Source of the DNA: Narcine bancroftii
Lineage: Eukaryota
Reading direction: 5' to 3'
Length of the DNA: 64,000 bases
Assembly: GCF_036971445.1 (NCBI RefSeq)
Contig: NC_091473.1
Coordinates: 89,280,001-89,344,000, forward strand
Part shown: positions 25,743 through 39,393 of the stretch, in pieces
How the letters are laid out: each line of letters begins with the position of its first letter
Position numbering within the stretch: position 1 is the stretch's first letter
Program-made: the position numbers and the translations under genes
The notes under the pieces: model-generated
Told to the model about the DNA's origin: nothing
Database searches by the model: none
Seen by the model: the letters and a program-made list of their open reading frames with translations, nothing else

Positions 25743-26361
25743 AATTATGCACAAATTATTTGTGTATATGTTATAGGTAAAAGTAGTTGGTTTAATATGT
25801 TTTACGTGTATGAAAGGTAAATACAGGGCAAAATTGAAGATTCATACAAAGGATATAGCAGTCACTATGTTCTTGTATTGTAAAGGTAAAGGTTCCATTA
25901 TGGTCACGTAATACTACATTTAAAATATAACATGTATGAAATTCTTTAACTTTGTCTACCTTAAGGAAGATAGTGAGCTTAGTTGCTAAATGTGGACCTC
26001 AATATGGTGTCTGTATGTACAGGTTAATGCAAATACACATAGTGTTTGTTCAGGCCAGTACTGTTACAATTACTGTGCAAAGTTGGAAAATCTTTCCATT
26101 GAGTTTCTACCAGTCCAGAAGCCCATTTCAATGACAGTTTTTACAGCCGACAATCCTAATTCGTAGGGGGAGATTAACTATACCAGCTCCCTTGGTGGTA
26201 GAGGTGTTTCCCACATGATCAGAGAAGCCCTGGACCTCAATGATCATATGGGAGCTCCCTTGATAAGTAACACCAGATTCCAAGTAGAGACAGCTAATGA
26301 ACTTGTTAGCTTATTGACCAGCAGTAGTTGTGGTTCATTGTTGATACATTGTGCAATAAAC

Positions 26362-27930
26362 TCGACATTAATAATATCGCCACCCACCACCACCCTCTCC
26401 GCCTGGTACAACTTGTCCTTACCCTTAACAATTTTTCCTTTAACTCATCCCACTACCTCCAGATTAAAGGAGTAGCCATAGGTATCCACATACGTCCCAA
26501 CAATGCCTGCCCATTTGTGGGTTTTGTGGAGCAAAACATGCTCTAAGACCCCCCCCCCAACTCTTCCTCCAGTACATCAATGACTACATTGGGGCGGCTT
26601 CACACACCCGCGATGAGCTCATCAATTTCACAGCCAATTTCCACCCGGACCTCAAACACACCTGGTCCATCTCTGATCACATTCTCCCTTTTCTGGATCT
26701 TTCTATCTCCATCTCAGGAGACAGACTCTTCATTGACATTTATTATAAACCCTCTTAACTCCCCTGACATTCAGTACAAACCCTCTACCTGGACTACAAG
26801 TCCTCAAACCCTGTCCCCTGCAAGGACTCCATCCCCTTCTCTCAATTTCTCCGTCTCCGCCACATCTGCTCCCAAGATGAGTTCTTCTAGTCCAGAGCCG
26901 CTAAAATGTCTGCCTTCTTCCACAAATGTGTCTTCCCCTCCACCACTATTAACTTGGCCCTCACCCACATCTCCTCCATTTCCCGTTCATCTGCCCTAGA
27001 CCCCTCCCCAGCCCCTAGAAACATTAAACAGAATCCTCCTCATTCTCACCTACCACCCCACCAGCCTTCGCACCCAACACATTATCCGCCGGAATTTCCG
27101 ACATTTACTATGGGACCCTACGACCAGACACATTTTTCCTTCTCCTCCCCTCTCAGCCTTCCATAGGGACTGCTCTTTCTTTCTGTGACTCCCTTGTGCA
27201 CTCTTCCCACTCCCCACCCCGACACTTTCCATTGTGGTCGTAGGAGGTGTAAAACCTTCACCCACACCTTCTCCCTCACCACGGTCTGAAGTCCCAAACA
27301 GACCTATCAGGTGAAGCAACACTTCACCTGTACCTCCAAAGAACTCATTTACTGCATTCAATGCACCCTCTGTGCCCTTCTCTACATCAGAGAGACCGGT
27401 CGCAGTCAGGAGATCGCTTCGCCCAGCACCTCCTCTCCGTCCGCATCAAAAACGACCTTCCAGTAGCCAACCATTTCAATTCTGAGTCACACTCTCAACC
27501 TCACATGTCTGTCCATGGCGTTTCACACTACCCCACCCTGACCACCCGCAGATTGGAGGAATAATACCTCATTTTTGGTCTGGGCTCTCTCCAACCCCAG
27601 GCGTGAACATCGAGTTCACTGCATTCCACTAATCAGCTTGCCTTTTTCCCCCTCCTTTCCCCTCCGCCCCCCCCCCCCCGCCTATTAGTCATTCCAGTTC
27701 CTACTTCCTTTCTCTCTCCACCTAGCCTAGACTCCTCCCCTCTCCCTTCTGCGATCCTCCCCCCTCCCCCCACCTATCATCTCCCACGCTCACCACCCCC
27801 ATCCCCCCTTCCCCCTTTTGTTGAGACATCTCTCATGATGAAAGGCTCAAACCTGAAATGATGTATCTTTACCTCTGCTACATAAAGGCACTGTTTGACC
27901 TGAGTTTCTCCAGCATTTGTGTGTTTTTTT
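26362..27930 (+). mobile_element. Penelope-like element, 5'-truncated (RT, GIY-YIG, pLTR)
   Basis: RLVQLVLTLNNFSFNSSHYLQIKGVAIG..ACPFVGFVEQ, and LPVANHFNSESHSQPHMSVHG. The 3' end carries tgatgaaaggctcaaacctgaaa and ctccagcatttgtgtg. Confidence 0.9.
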
Positions 27931-28639
27931 CACTTTATATACAGGTCAATACAGATTAATACAATTGCTATACAGAGTTCTGCTGATCTAAATGTTTTGG
28001 GTGCTACTTACAGAAAACAAAATGCATTTACAGATCATTTCAGACTCATTGGCAAAATTCCATCTATCCTTGTGACATTATTGCGTGATTCTCCCCTCCC
28101 ATATAGTATATTTTTATGATATTGTGTGTGGCACCACTGAAATAAACCACCTACTCTGACTCAGTTCATAATTAAATGGTCAATGACAGATTGTTAATTG
28201 GTATGTGCACATCCTAAAAAAATGTTGAAAATTATATTGTGTAGCTTCAGGGTAAGTCTTGTTTTTCAATAGCAGGCCTACAATTCTACAACAAAAATTC
28301 TCTGTTATTAGTGAAGCATGGAGGTTTACTCTGCATCTGTCTGTGATATATTGGATCTGAGAATACTTAAGACATAATATATGAAATGGAAAATTACTTC
28401 ATATTCTTATGTTGATACCTTAAAAACCATACGATGTCCCAAAATTTAAAAGCTGAAGAATGTAACATGTTTACTGGTCTCAAATTCTACTAACTATAAG
28501 CAATAGAGAATGTTTTGTCCCCAAGGTGAGCTACTAGGAATGGAGATAAAATAAAGATCAAATAAAACCTGATGGGTCAAGTGGCCTACTTTGCATTAAA
28601 ATGCAGTGGAACAAAACAATCATTAACCCATTTTTTTAA

Positions 28640-29390
28640 ATGAATCACAGAAATGTTACAGCACAGAAAGAGGCCCTTTGACCTATTGAATCCATGCTGG
28701 CTGAATGCTTGAGCAACCCAACTAGTTTCCCTCCTGTACCATTTCCCTACAGGTCTAGGTTTTTTTTTTGCTTTTTAATGCAGTGATTGAATCTGCCTCC
28801 AGCTGTGGATTCCACTTTCTGGGAACTTATAATTCTACTTTGATCTGCCTAGATCTTTCAGAATTTTAAATACCTCGATCAGGTCCCTACTCAAGTCCCA
28901 CCGTTCCAAGGAAAATAATCCCCTTTTCTCCAGTCTATCCACAGAACTAAAATTTACACTCCTGTATTAATTTCAGTAAATCTCTTCCGCACTCTATTGA
29001 AGACCTTTTTCATTTTTCCTAAAGAGTCCATATTTTTGTTTTGATCAAACCAACATTTTATAAATAATTGTTATAACATCCTTGCTCATTTATTCAACAT
29101 AACTATTTGTAAGGTCCTACGTCTACTTTTTAAACCACTTGCTTAACTTCTTTTGTCAATTTTCATTATGCATATTTACCTTCACCTCTCCCTACTGCTG
29201 CAGCCATTTTATGATTCACTGTGCCATCCATACATTACTAATCTTTGTTTTTCTGATCAAATTGTAACTTTTATTTTTTTATGGGTTAGGTTTTATCAGC
29301 TTTATGAATGCACATTTCACCCTCCTATCTATGTCCTGTTGGTCTGTAACTGTTTTTCTTATAGACTAAATCTTTTTTCTCATCAGGTAT
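28640..29390 (-). mobile_element. CR1 3' fragment, decayed
   Basis: Tail acagcacagaaagaggccctttgacc followed by reverse-strand CR1 motifs. Confidence 0.6.
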
Positions 29391-29495
29391 AAAATTCCTA
29401 GCATCCAGTGTTTATAGTGTGTTAGAAAGAGATTAGCTATAAACTCTGATGGGATTATAATATCCGTTTTAATTGAAACATTAACTTCTTCACAG

Positions 29496-29749
29496 ACTGA
29501 ACAAAGAACTTGAGGAAAAAAACAAGCTCATTGAATCCCTAAACTGCAAACTGCAGAGCCAGGATGACACACCATCCAAAAGCCACATCCTTTCAGACTC
29601 TGAACAATCTGACAGAGCATCCTTTGTATCCGATGAGCAAGAATCGACCAACGATGACCTGGATGTTTATCATTATGAAGTTGACTTGACCAGTGAGTAC
29701 TCGCACGATGATCAGCAGAGCACAGAGCTTGAAGCACAAGCCTCACCAG
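29496..29749 (+). CDS. PDE4DIP: Myomegalin exon C (RLNKELEEKNKLIESLNCKLQSQDDTPSKSHILSDS...QASP)
   Basis: cacag| acceptor and |gtatgc donor, phase 2/1. Matches human RLSRELQEKEKVIEVLQAKL..TPSSSHALSDS. Not in the ORF track because it has no start codon. Confidence 0.92.
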
Positions 29750-30879
29750 GTATGCTTAACTTTAAAACTCTGCCGCTTTAAGTACAGGGAGAGCAACAGA
29801 TCATAATGACATTTGACAAAATGAAATCAGAATCCTGATTGTAGCTACAACATTTGTGTAGAGAAATAGCAGTCACATTGAAATAAAGATATGAATAAAA
29901 TATTTCATGGATGCTGTGAGGTAGAATACATGGTTGCCTTGCCTCTTTCATGTGAACTCATTCAGATCCAACTTTATTCAAGTGAAACAGTCCTTGGCAA
30001 TCTTCCCTGGTGTTTCCAGTGAGGTTTAAGTGTCCAATGCTAAATTGACTTTAATGCAGGTTACTGCATGAAAAGGCAGAAATTATAAGAAATATGGGAA
30101 CAAAATGGATCATGTTATATTTACATACGGTAAATTTCACATCTTTACTTTGAGCAAAAGATCTCCCAAATTTGAATATTAATGCTAATGTCATAGGTAA
30201 ATTTGCAATTGTTTGAGGACAATTACCAGGACCCTTACTTGTTCTCATCTTTTAGAGTTGAGATATGCTGATTCTCCAGGGTATCTCTGAGAGAACATTG
30301 GATTTTCTGATATCTTTCCCTTGAGATGGAGATATTAAAGTAAATCTACTTTGCTTCTTCATGTGCTTCAAGATAGCAAGATTGAGAAATATTTTTGAAT
30401 TTCTTCAGTGGTTTTCAGGCAATATCAATCACTTAATCAAAACCACCTCTGGTTTATATAATGTTGATGCTTAAAGTCTGCTTTTTGTCACCACAAAGTA
30501 ACTCCACAAAGAAGCTAGTGACGTCTGTTTCACTGACGTAAAACAATATCTGATTATTCCTTTTGCCAATACTAAATTAGCCTCAGTTTATGAAAATAAA
30601 TATTCTGTTGCAAAGCAGGCTGCAAAAAAACAATATCTACTCACTAGTAAGCAAGCCAGCAGAATTAATTAAAGTTATCCAGTTAGTATCATTCTTTGTT
30701 ACCTTATTCTCAGTAGCTAATGTATTGTGTGTGTTGCTTGTTCTGTCCTTTGATCATTTCACGGTGTCCTTGTGATGTCACAGGATGACATATAGTGATC
30801 TTACAATGTCATCACTTTCATTTATCTTAAATATTATTCATTGAATAGAATTATACTGCCATATTTTGCCCCTTTATTC

Positions 30880-31725
30880 AGGTTCAAAATTTATTGTCAT
30901 GAACATGTCACAAAATTCTTTGTTTTGGGGCAGCGTCGCAGAGCAAACATTTATATACTATAACCTCATTACAAAATAAATAAAAAATAGTGAAAATAGT
31001 GCAAGATAAAGAGAAAGTAACATAGTGTCTCTGGTTCATTGATTATTCAGGAATTAGATGGCCGCATGGAAGAAACTGTCCTTGTGCTGTTGAGTGCTCG
31101 TCTTCAGGCTCCTATACCTTTTTCCTGATAATAGCAGAGTGAAAAGGGCATGGCCTGGGTGGTGAGGATCTTTGAGGATAGAGGCTGCTTTCTTAAGACA
31201 CCACCTTGTGTAGACGTACTTGATAGAGTGAAGGCTGGTGTCTATGATATTGCAGACTAAGTTAACAGCCCTCTGGAGTTTTTTTCTTGTCCTGAGCATT
31301 GGCACCTCCCTACCAGGCAGTGATGCAACCAACCAGTATGCTTTCCAAAGTACAACTGTAGACGTTTTCAAGAATCTTCAGTAACATACTGAATCTCCTC
31401 AAACTCTTCACAAATTATAGCCACTTGCGAGCCTTCATCATGATTGCATTGACATGGAGGCTCCAGGACCAATCATCAGAGATGTTGACACCCTCGAATT
31501 TGAAGTTCTTGACCCTCGCCACTGCTGGACCCCTCAATGAGGACTGGGTTGTGCTCTGATTTCCTCCTGAAGTCCACAATCACCTCCTTGGTTTTGCTAA
31601 CGTTGAGTGCAAGGTTGTCATTGTGACACCACTCATCTAGCTCATCTATCTTCCTCCTGTACGCTTCCTCATTGCCATCTGATTCTGCCGACAACCATGG
31701 CGTCATCAGCAAATCTGTAGATATC
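30880..31725 (-). mobile_element. Rex1/Babar LINE 3' fragment
   Basis: ORFs 31476..31793 (WCHNDNLALNVSKTKEVIVDFRR) and 31054..31371 (ILKDPHHPGHALFTLLLSGKRYRS). Confidence 0.88.
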
Positions 31726-32528
31726 ATTAGACATCTAATTATAATTTGAGTTGAACAGTTCTTCAAATTACCATTGCTTCCTTCTTTGGTCACTCTTTAT
31801 GCAATGTAACAAGAGGGACCCAAGTACTGTCAGAGCTTTTTATTATCTATTCAATTATTATACATCAAACATTTTATTGTACCATATACTTGGGGAAAGA
31901 GGAAAGGAGGCTCACCTTACTTTGTCATTTGACAAAGCAGTCAGGCTCCAATTGCTCGCCATGCTGGGTTGGTGTGTGATGGGTCATTTGGTAAGTCAAA
32001 AGAAACTTTGAGAAAAAAATTCTTCGCTGACATATCAGTGCAGTACTGAAGAAGTTCTACACTGTTATCATGGGTTAAGATGTCATTAGGAGGCCCCATC
32101 AACTTTGTCAGATAAACATAAAAGAATCCATGATGCTACTTTGAAAAGGAACAGGAATTATCCCCAGTAAATGATAAGGAAGTTGATAGTCCTTTGTCAC
32201 TCGCCTCTTCATTGGGGAAAAAAAAACCCTAAAATTTAGAAAAGATCCATGAAATCACACCAGTGAATTTGCACAATAATACATCAAGAAACAAATATAT
32301 TTTTCTGCCCATTTGGATTTTGGAATCGATTGCAAGATTCTGAGAAGATTATAGTGAATCATTTCTTGAAAGTTGCAGTCTTCCTAGAGAGAGTGCATTC
32401 ACTGTACTTTTGGATAAATGTTCAAAGATTTACATGTTTAACTTGGTTTAGTTTCATGCTTGAAAAAGATATTTAATTTTGTTTGTGGCTTTTTGACACA
32501 TCACCACACTAATATTTGCTTTTGTCAG

Positions 32529-32660
32529 ATGATGAAAATCACTGTGAAAATCTATCACAACCTTCATCTCGCGCATCTGCTTCATGTGAAGGTCAACCAA
32601 AAGATAATGCCACCATCTCGCCCTCACAGCAACCCTGTGACATGGTTAAGTCACAAAAAG
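32529..32660 (+). CDS. PDE4DIP: Myomegalin exon D (DDENHCENLSQPSSRAS...KSQK)
   Basis: tttgtcag| acceptor and |gtatca donor, 132 nt, phase 1/1, open frame. Ser-rich linker with low conservation. Confidence 0.75.
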
Positions 32661-33971
32661 GTATCATTCGAAACTGGTCAATGTATAGAATTTTAATTGG
32701 GGCCTTAAAATAAATGTAGAGGATTAAATAAATAAAGTGAGAGTGAAGTTTTGTTGCTTTGTTTTATGTTGGGTTCCTCACTATTATTACTTAATGCCAT
32801 TTGTTTGCTCAGGGTATCTTTTGAAAATGATCAAATCATGCCAAACAAGATATGAAATGGGTGTAATGCTACAGTCCATACACCCTTCTTGTCACACTGG
32901 TTAAAAGTAAATGAAGGGTGAAGGAGTAACATTTCTCTGACTGTTCACCAAATCATCTACCTGATGAAAGGTCTATGAAAGCACCAGGGAAATTATATAG
33001 ACAGTTATAGTAGATGAGTATTTTCAAAAATGATAGCATTAATAATTTTTCCACAAAGAAAGTTATTAGACAAGTAGTTTCTTCTTGGGCATCTTCTATA
33101 ACAGGGTGTCCAAACATTTAGAGTTAGTTAGTTCGAAATTTTCAATGTGCCCAGATGTTTATAGTTAGAGTACTATTTTCGGCTATCAGTCGCCGCAGAC
33201 TGTGGGCCAAAGTATTTGATGTCACATGCTCAAATTTTTATTGCTCACATAAAGCATGGAGAACACTGAAGCTGTGACTAGACGAGAGAAGCCAGGTTTA
33301 AGGTTGATTAAAATGTTCCATCCTACCTGCCACTGCAAGAGTTTCAAGGCATTCCTCTTCCTCCAGTTAGGTCCTGCCTGTATCTTTTTGTTGCTTCTGA
33401 TATTAAAATACATTCAGCATTGCTAATATTTCCTAACTTCACAAAACATATTCAAGAGCAGGTGATAGAGAATTGGATTGACCAGATGCATTCAAGGAAG
33501 CAACATGGATTCAAGAATTGAATGGGTGCTACTTGCATTTTCTAGTTGTCTAATATACTTGGCTAATATGAACCAAAACACAAATCAAATCTGTACTGAG
33601 TTACTGGATTATTATCTTTGTCTCAAGTCTTTGGACTAAAAAGGAGAAAATATAGCCAGAATTCCCTCTCTAGTAACTCCTGCTGTAATAGAATGTGGAC
33701 ATTGAATAATGAGATAACATTAACTGATATTTACAAACTTGTCACACATTGGACTGTGCAATTGTGAAACCATCAAAGATTGGGAATATACCAATAAACA
33801 TGAACAACAATCAGATCCTTTAGGGCTTGAAGGAACAGAGAATTGTCTTTTATAATATATAGGAACAGTTTGTTGACTATCTCCACATTTACTGTATTTT
33901 ATGTTGGTTTATTTTTATTTCTGTAAAATGCTTCATTTTATTTCTATTTTGATTCTGCTGTCCATCTTTAG

Positions 33972-34148
33972 GTTTCTATTCCAGCAGTGTGCCACCAAGC
34001 CCCAATGCCTGTAAGGCTTCATATTGTGCTGACTTCCCTTCCCAGTTTGGAAGCATGCCCTTTGGGCCAGCTTACCCGACACCATCAACATTTTCTCTGG
34101 CCGAGGTCCAACAAGAACTTCACATGTTACAAAGACAGCTGGGAGAAA
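33972..34148 (+). CDS. PDE4DIP: Myomegalin exon E (GFYSSSVPP...FSLAEVQQELHMLQRQLGE)
   Basis: ctttag| acceptor and |gtgaga donor, 177 nt, phase 1/1. Matches human SLAEAQQELQMLQKQLGES. Confidence 0.92.
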
Positions 34149-35239
34149 GTGAGAATTTTACATGATATTCTGCTTAGATACCACCAATATTACAAAGCAT
34201 GTGCAACAGAGCATGATGTGGAGTGGTGGAGGTTTAACTGGGGCAATAAATATATTCATGAGCTTTAATTGTGTATTCAAAAAATTTTTTTTTTACTCAT
34301 GAGCAATGATGAATTTTCTGTTCTGAATAATATTTCATTTCAGAGGTACATTTGCCCGTCTGTGCTAACTTACCTTAACACACTGAAAATTGGTGTAATG
34401 TCACAAAGATTGGCCTCAACTCAAGAGAGGTTCCCAGTCATGATCATTTTTTGATGAAAATGCATCTGTGTGAATTTCATTTGAGGACAAAGTATAATTG
34501 AACACAATGCCCTGTGAACACATAATATCATAAATGCTGCCATACATATTTACATCTATTACTGCTTTCCTTTTAAAAATGAAGCATAAAGATATTTACA
34601 AATTTAGCTTGTTCTAGATTTTTCACACTTTCTGTGAGCTTTGGAGCTTTACTGTTGGTTCTTGGTATTGAAAATGTGGATTCACCAAATGTTGTAAAGA
34701 ATAATACCCATTCCTAGAATCAAATTATATATTTCATGTTGAAACATTAGGGTGGATTCATTTCAGGGACATCTTTAATCTCTTCGTCTTTGACTTTCCA
34801 AGTTCATCATTAACAGTACTACATTAATGTGGTCTACTTGAATTTTTCTGAGTCCTGCTCCCAGTTCTCACAAGACAGATTTCCCCTGTCTCTCATCTCC
34901 TTATTTTTGGCTATCAAGATGACTCAGCACATGAACATTAACATGCAAATTGAGCCTATTATTGCAACTTGTGTTGTGAGGCTTTCTGAATTATAGGTGC
35001 CTTTCTTTCCAAATTCGGCTGAATGAGATTCAAGCATATTTCTGCATAAGGATATTCTTCTCGGGTGCAACATTATTCCATTGCTTTTAAGAAGTGCTAT
35101 AAATTGTTGTTTATTGCTGATTGTTCAATTATCTTCCATGATCTGTTTCTCCGATCTCATCGTTATGTTCAAAGGGAATTTTTTGCTTCCCCATGAGGGA
35201 TATGGAGAGGTGAAATTGCACCTTATTCCAATGTTTATT

Positions 35240-35465
35240 TATTTATTTTAGACATACAACATGGTAATAGGCCATTTTGGCTTCAAGTTAATGCCACTCA
35301 ATTAACCTACACCCCCGGAATGTTTCAAGTGGTGGGAGGAATCCAGAGCCCCAGGAAAAACCCACGCAGACACAAGGAGAAAGTACAAACTCTTTACAGT
35401 CAGCATGGGATTCAAACCCCGGTCCCGAACATTGGCGCTCTAAAGCCAATGTGCTAACCATGCCA
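35240..35465 (-). mobile_element. HE1/V-SINE-like SINE
   Basis: Reverse complement of the 40062-40330 copy (gggaggaatccagagccccaggaaaaacccacgcagacac). Confidence 0.85.
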
Positions 35466-36459
35466 TATTCTTTGTAAATTTTTCACCAAAAACAATTTAC
35501 AATATGGACTAATGCCTGATCCTACTTTCTGAAGATCAGGCGTGGCAACAATTCCTCTATGATGAATTTTGTTGTGATGTATGATGCAACGTGCATTACT
35601 TCTAACCATTTTGAATGGTTGATGAAGCATACTAAAATGTTGTCTAATTTTTCTATTCCAATAATCTAAATGAGTTCACTGGAATGGCCTTGTAAACAAT
35701 TTCCATTCCTGAGGTAGGCATTTAATTGTGTTTTGCAGTCCTCTGTCTTTCCCGTTGCCAGGTCAATCAACAAATCCTGTAGCCCAAAGTCTTCGAATTC
35801 ACTAAACAAAAAGTCGCTGCATGGAGTTATTTGCTTTATAGTTTTGTGCAAACAATGAGAAGTTGGAGGGACTTTTTAAGAATCCATTTTACTCTTAGAT
35901 GCTGGGAGACATGGCATATTTGTTTTTGCAAAGGTTGACAATACATTGATGAAGGCTTCTGAGTACTTCCTAAAGTGGCTATATTTTCCTCCTCTGTCAT
36001 CCTAATTATATGTTCTCTTACACCATCTTATCCCTGGTTACCTGGAATAATTTTGGTGATGATTTTACTGTACTCAGGAGATTTCTACATGATTCCAGCT
36101 ACTTGTGAGTTGTCAGATAGTGTTGATGTTCTTCATTTGCTTTAAACTAAGCACAGGCATGAGAATGGCCAATACGAGTGTGGACCTTAGTAAATCTTGA
36201 GCTGGGTAGAAGGCCTTTCTACTGGAGCCACTTTATAAATAGTGCAGAGCTGGATTGTCTTATTCCCACTGTGTGGAGTTTTTCCCATTTGTTCTGTGCC
36301 ACTTTCATTGATATCCAGCATTGCTCCAGTTGTTCAACTACAAGAGACGTTCAAGAGACAGATGATGGAATCTGGGGGAACACATCATCTGCTGGAGGAA
36401 CTCAGTGAGTGAAATAATTTGTCAAACTTCCAGGTCAGAAACCTTGTTGAACTACAATA

Positions 36460-37695
36460 GGTTGATGAAAATGTGGCAGAACAAATGCTTGAAATTCATC
36501 AAGCTCATGCTCATGGATGAGCCAGTAGGGGAGAGAACACCCTGGATCGGGTGTACACCAACATCCTTGGTGCATGCAGAACTGCCCATTGTCCTCACCT
36601 TGGAAACTTGGATCATATATCTGTCCTGCTAACCCCAGCAAATTGGCAAATCGAAGAGAGCCAGCTCACAGGGAGCTCTGAATATGGTTGGTGGGTGGGG
36701 GGGGGGGGGGTTGCACAGCAGAGCTACGAGACTGGAGCTGTTTTAGGGAGGTGACCACCTACAATGATCACGTAAACATTGAAGAGGGCACCAAGTCGGT
36801 GACTGTCTGCATCAGCAAGTGCATTGAGGATGTCACTGAGATCAAATCTTCACAACCAGGGCTAACCAGAAACCATGGTTGGATGAGGAGGTCTGGGCCC
36901 TTTTTAGAGCTTGTGATGCTGCCTTCAGGACAGGGCACAAGATGGCACTAAGATCAGCCAGGCTGAACTCTTACATGCAATCCGGAAGGCAAAGCATGAC
37001 TACAGATAGAAGATAGATAGACAGCTATGGATACCGGTGACATCAAGTGCAAGTGGCAAGGGATCAAGAGTATGACAAATCACAAGACAAGCTTGCAAGT
37101 TAAAGATAATGTCACCTCCCTTCTGGGCAGACTGAACATTTTCTATACATGGATCAATGAGAATAACAGGCTGACACTAAAGAAGGCTCCAAGTCCCCTG
37201 ATGAACATGCCCCCTGCATAGCTATGGTCAACGTGAGAATAACCCTATCCAAGGTGAACCCACACAAGGCAGTGGGACCAGACAACATACTTGGTTGGGT
37301 ACTGAAGGATTGCTTAGACCAACTGGCAGAGGTCCTTGCAGACATCTTCAACACGTTACTGCGCAGTCCATCCTCCACACTGATTCCAAGATAGCCACTA
37401 ACATCCAAGATAACTTCTGGTACCAAAGAGGGCAACAGTAACAGGCCTCAATGACTACAGCCCCCTGGCACTGACCTCCAGCACTATGAGCATCTGGTAA
37501 TGGAAGGCATCAAAGTGCACCTCCCAGAGATGCTGGACCAATTTCAATTCACCCCCAGATGAAACCATTCCACTGATGATGCTACAACCTTGTCCCTCCA
37601 GTTTGTTCTGATCCATCTGTAGAATGATGCCTCCTTTACCAGGCTGCTGCTCATCAACTTCAGCTTGGCATTTAATAAGATCATTCTCTGTAACT
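36460..37695 (+). mobile_element. Rex1/Babar LINE internal fragment (endonuclease end to RT start)
   Basis: PHLGNLDHISVLLTPA, KVNPHKAVGPDNI and NFSLAFNKII motifs, with frameshifts. Confidence 0.8.
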
Positions 37696-37856
37696 GCAAT
37701 AATAAGTAAAATATTGGAAAACTAATTATTCTGCATATCTGGTGCAATTCCATTGTTTCACACTCTATTTTGCTCTTAAGGAGTCCTCAGTGTCTCCTTG
37801 CTGTTTCCTTTTTCCTCACACAACTGATATGTCCTCCTTTGAATCCACTACTGTAG

Positions 37857-38096
37857 AAATGGCCTTTTCTGGAACTATCCCAGATACATCTTCACGTTTA
37901 GAACAAGCTGGCTCTGTGTCACAATCACTTCAGCAGCAATTATTGAACGGCAGCAACAATCTGCAGAAAACTTCAAAATCCTCCACTGTTGCCAGCACTC
38001 CACTCTGGGGCACAACTGATCAACCAGTGAGAATCAATACATTCAGGGATGTCTCCTCTGGATCATCAGGACACCAGTCAGGGATAAATATGGCTG
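37857..38096 (+). CDS. PDE4DIP: Myomegalin exon F (KMAFSGTIPD...FRDVSSGSSGHQSGINMA)
   Basis: ctgtag| acceptor (an in-frame alternative lies at 37791) and |gtaaga donor, 240 nt, phase 1/1. DVSSGSS matches human DLSSGSS. Confidence 0.82.
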
Positions 38097-38329
38097 GTAA
38101 GAAACATTTTTGGCTCTAGTAATGGAACACAATCTGTGTAGGTTTTAAGGTCAGTGTTACCAGCATCAAGGGAAGATCTGCACTAAGGATCAAAGTTGAA
38201 TTAACTGCTAGCTTTTTAAATTCTGACAATTCCTCTGTTTAATTCTGATGTAAGTGGTGGTATCTATGGCTGTAAGCACCGAGGAAGGGATAAGGAAAGG
38301 AACAAACCAGGATCAAAGCAAAACAAGAC

Positions 38330-38800
38330 TTATTAATATGCTTGTATGCAAAGACTTTTATGACATGATGCTTAGAGTTTTACTTGTCCTATTATGTACA
38401 GATATTTGAAGGTGGCAGAACAAGTTGTGGGTGTAAACTAGAGAAACATGGCTTCTTTCCCTTTAATAGAAGAATGGTTAGAAATATGTATAATCCTTAA
38501 GGGTTTACATAGAGCAAGTAAAGAGAAAACATTTCCATGGCTAAAGACTTAAGAGACACAGATTAAAGTAACTGGTAATAGAACTGGAGAGGATATAAAG
38601 AAAATATTTTCATACAACAAGTTGTTAAAATTTGGAATGCATTGCCTAATAGGGTGGTGTGTATAGACTCAGAAGTCAATATCAAAGGAGAACTGAATAA
38701 ATCGCAGTTATCTGGTGAGAGTGGAACAAAAACTGAAGTTTGTTCAGAAGAATTTCAAGAACATAAAGGACTGAAAGGCTTTCATCTACATTGCATTATT
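38330..38800 (+). mobile_element. CR1 3' remnant
   Basis: CR1 3'-type text (tttggaatgcattgcctaatagggtggtg; ggactgaaaggctttcatct). Confidence 0.55.
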
Positions 38801-39393
38801 CTATATTTAATTTATTTTTTGATGTGTTTTGAATTAAATGATAAAGACTAATTGGTATGATAAGTTAAAAGCCACCATTATTCATTTAACCAGCATAATG
38901 GTTGAACACCAACCAGATGAATCTTGGTCTGCCTTCATCATTAATTTTTCTGCCACCTGCCTTTTGTAAATCCTTTTGGTTTTCTGTGAAGTGACATGCA
39001 TTTTTGTTACATCATTTGGAAATGCCTAAAATGATTTTCTGCATTAAATCTTTCCAAAATGTGGATTATTGTTACAGTCAAAAGTATTAATATCAATATA
39101 TAAAGCGAGTAGAGATTAAAATGAGACAGCTGTTTGCTGTCAAAGAAGCAATTAAAATAGTGAAGCAAATTGCTTGCTCCTGGTTCCTTTTAAAAAAAAA
39201 AGTTTTTAGCAGGAAGTATCTTAGTGCAAATTCTCAGTATACGATAATCTTCAGGAGAAATGGGAATAAGAAAGAAAAGCTCTTAAAATTAAGTTTGATA
39301 CTGTTGTTCTTGTGCATTAAAACCAGGTAAATCGTGTATTTTTTTAACCAAAGTTGCAACATTTTTATCATAATTATCTTCAACTTCACGTAG

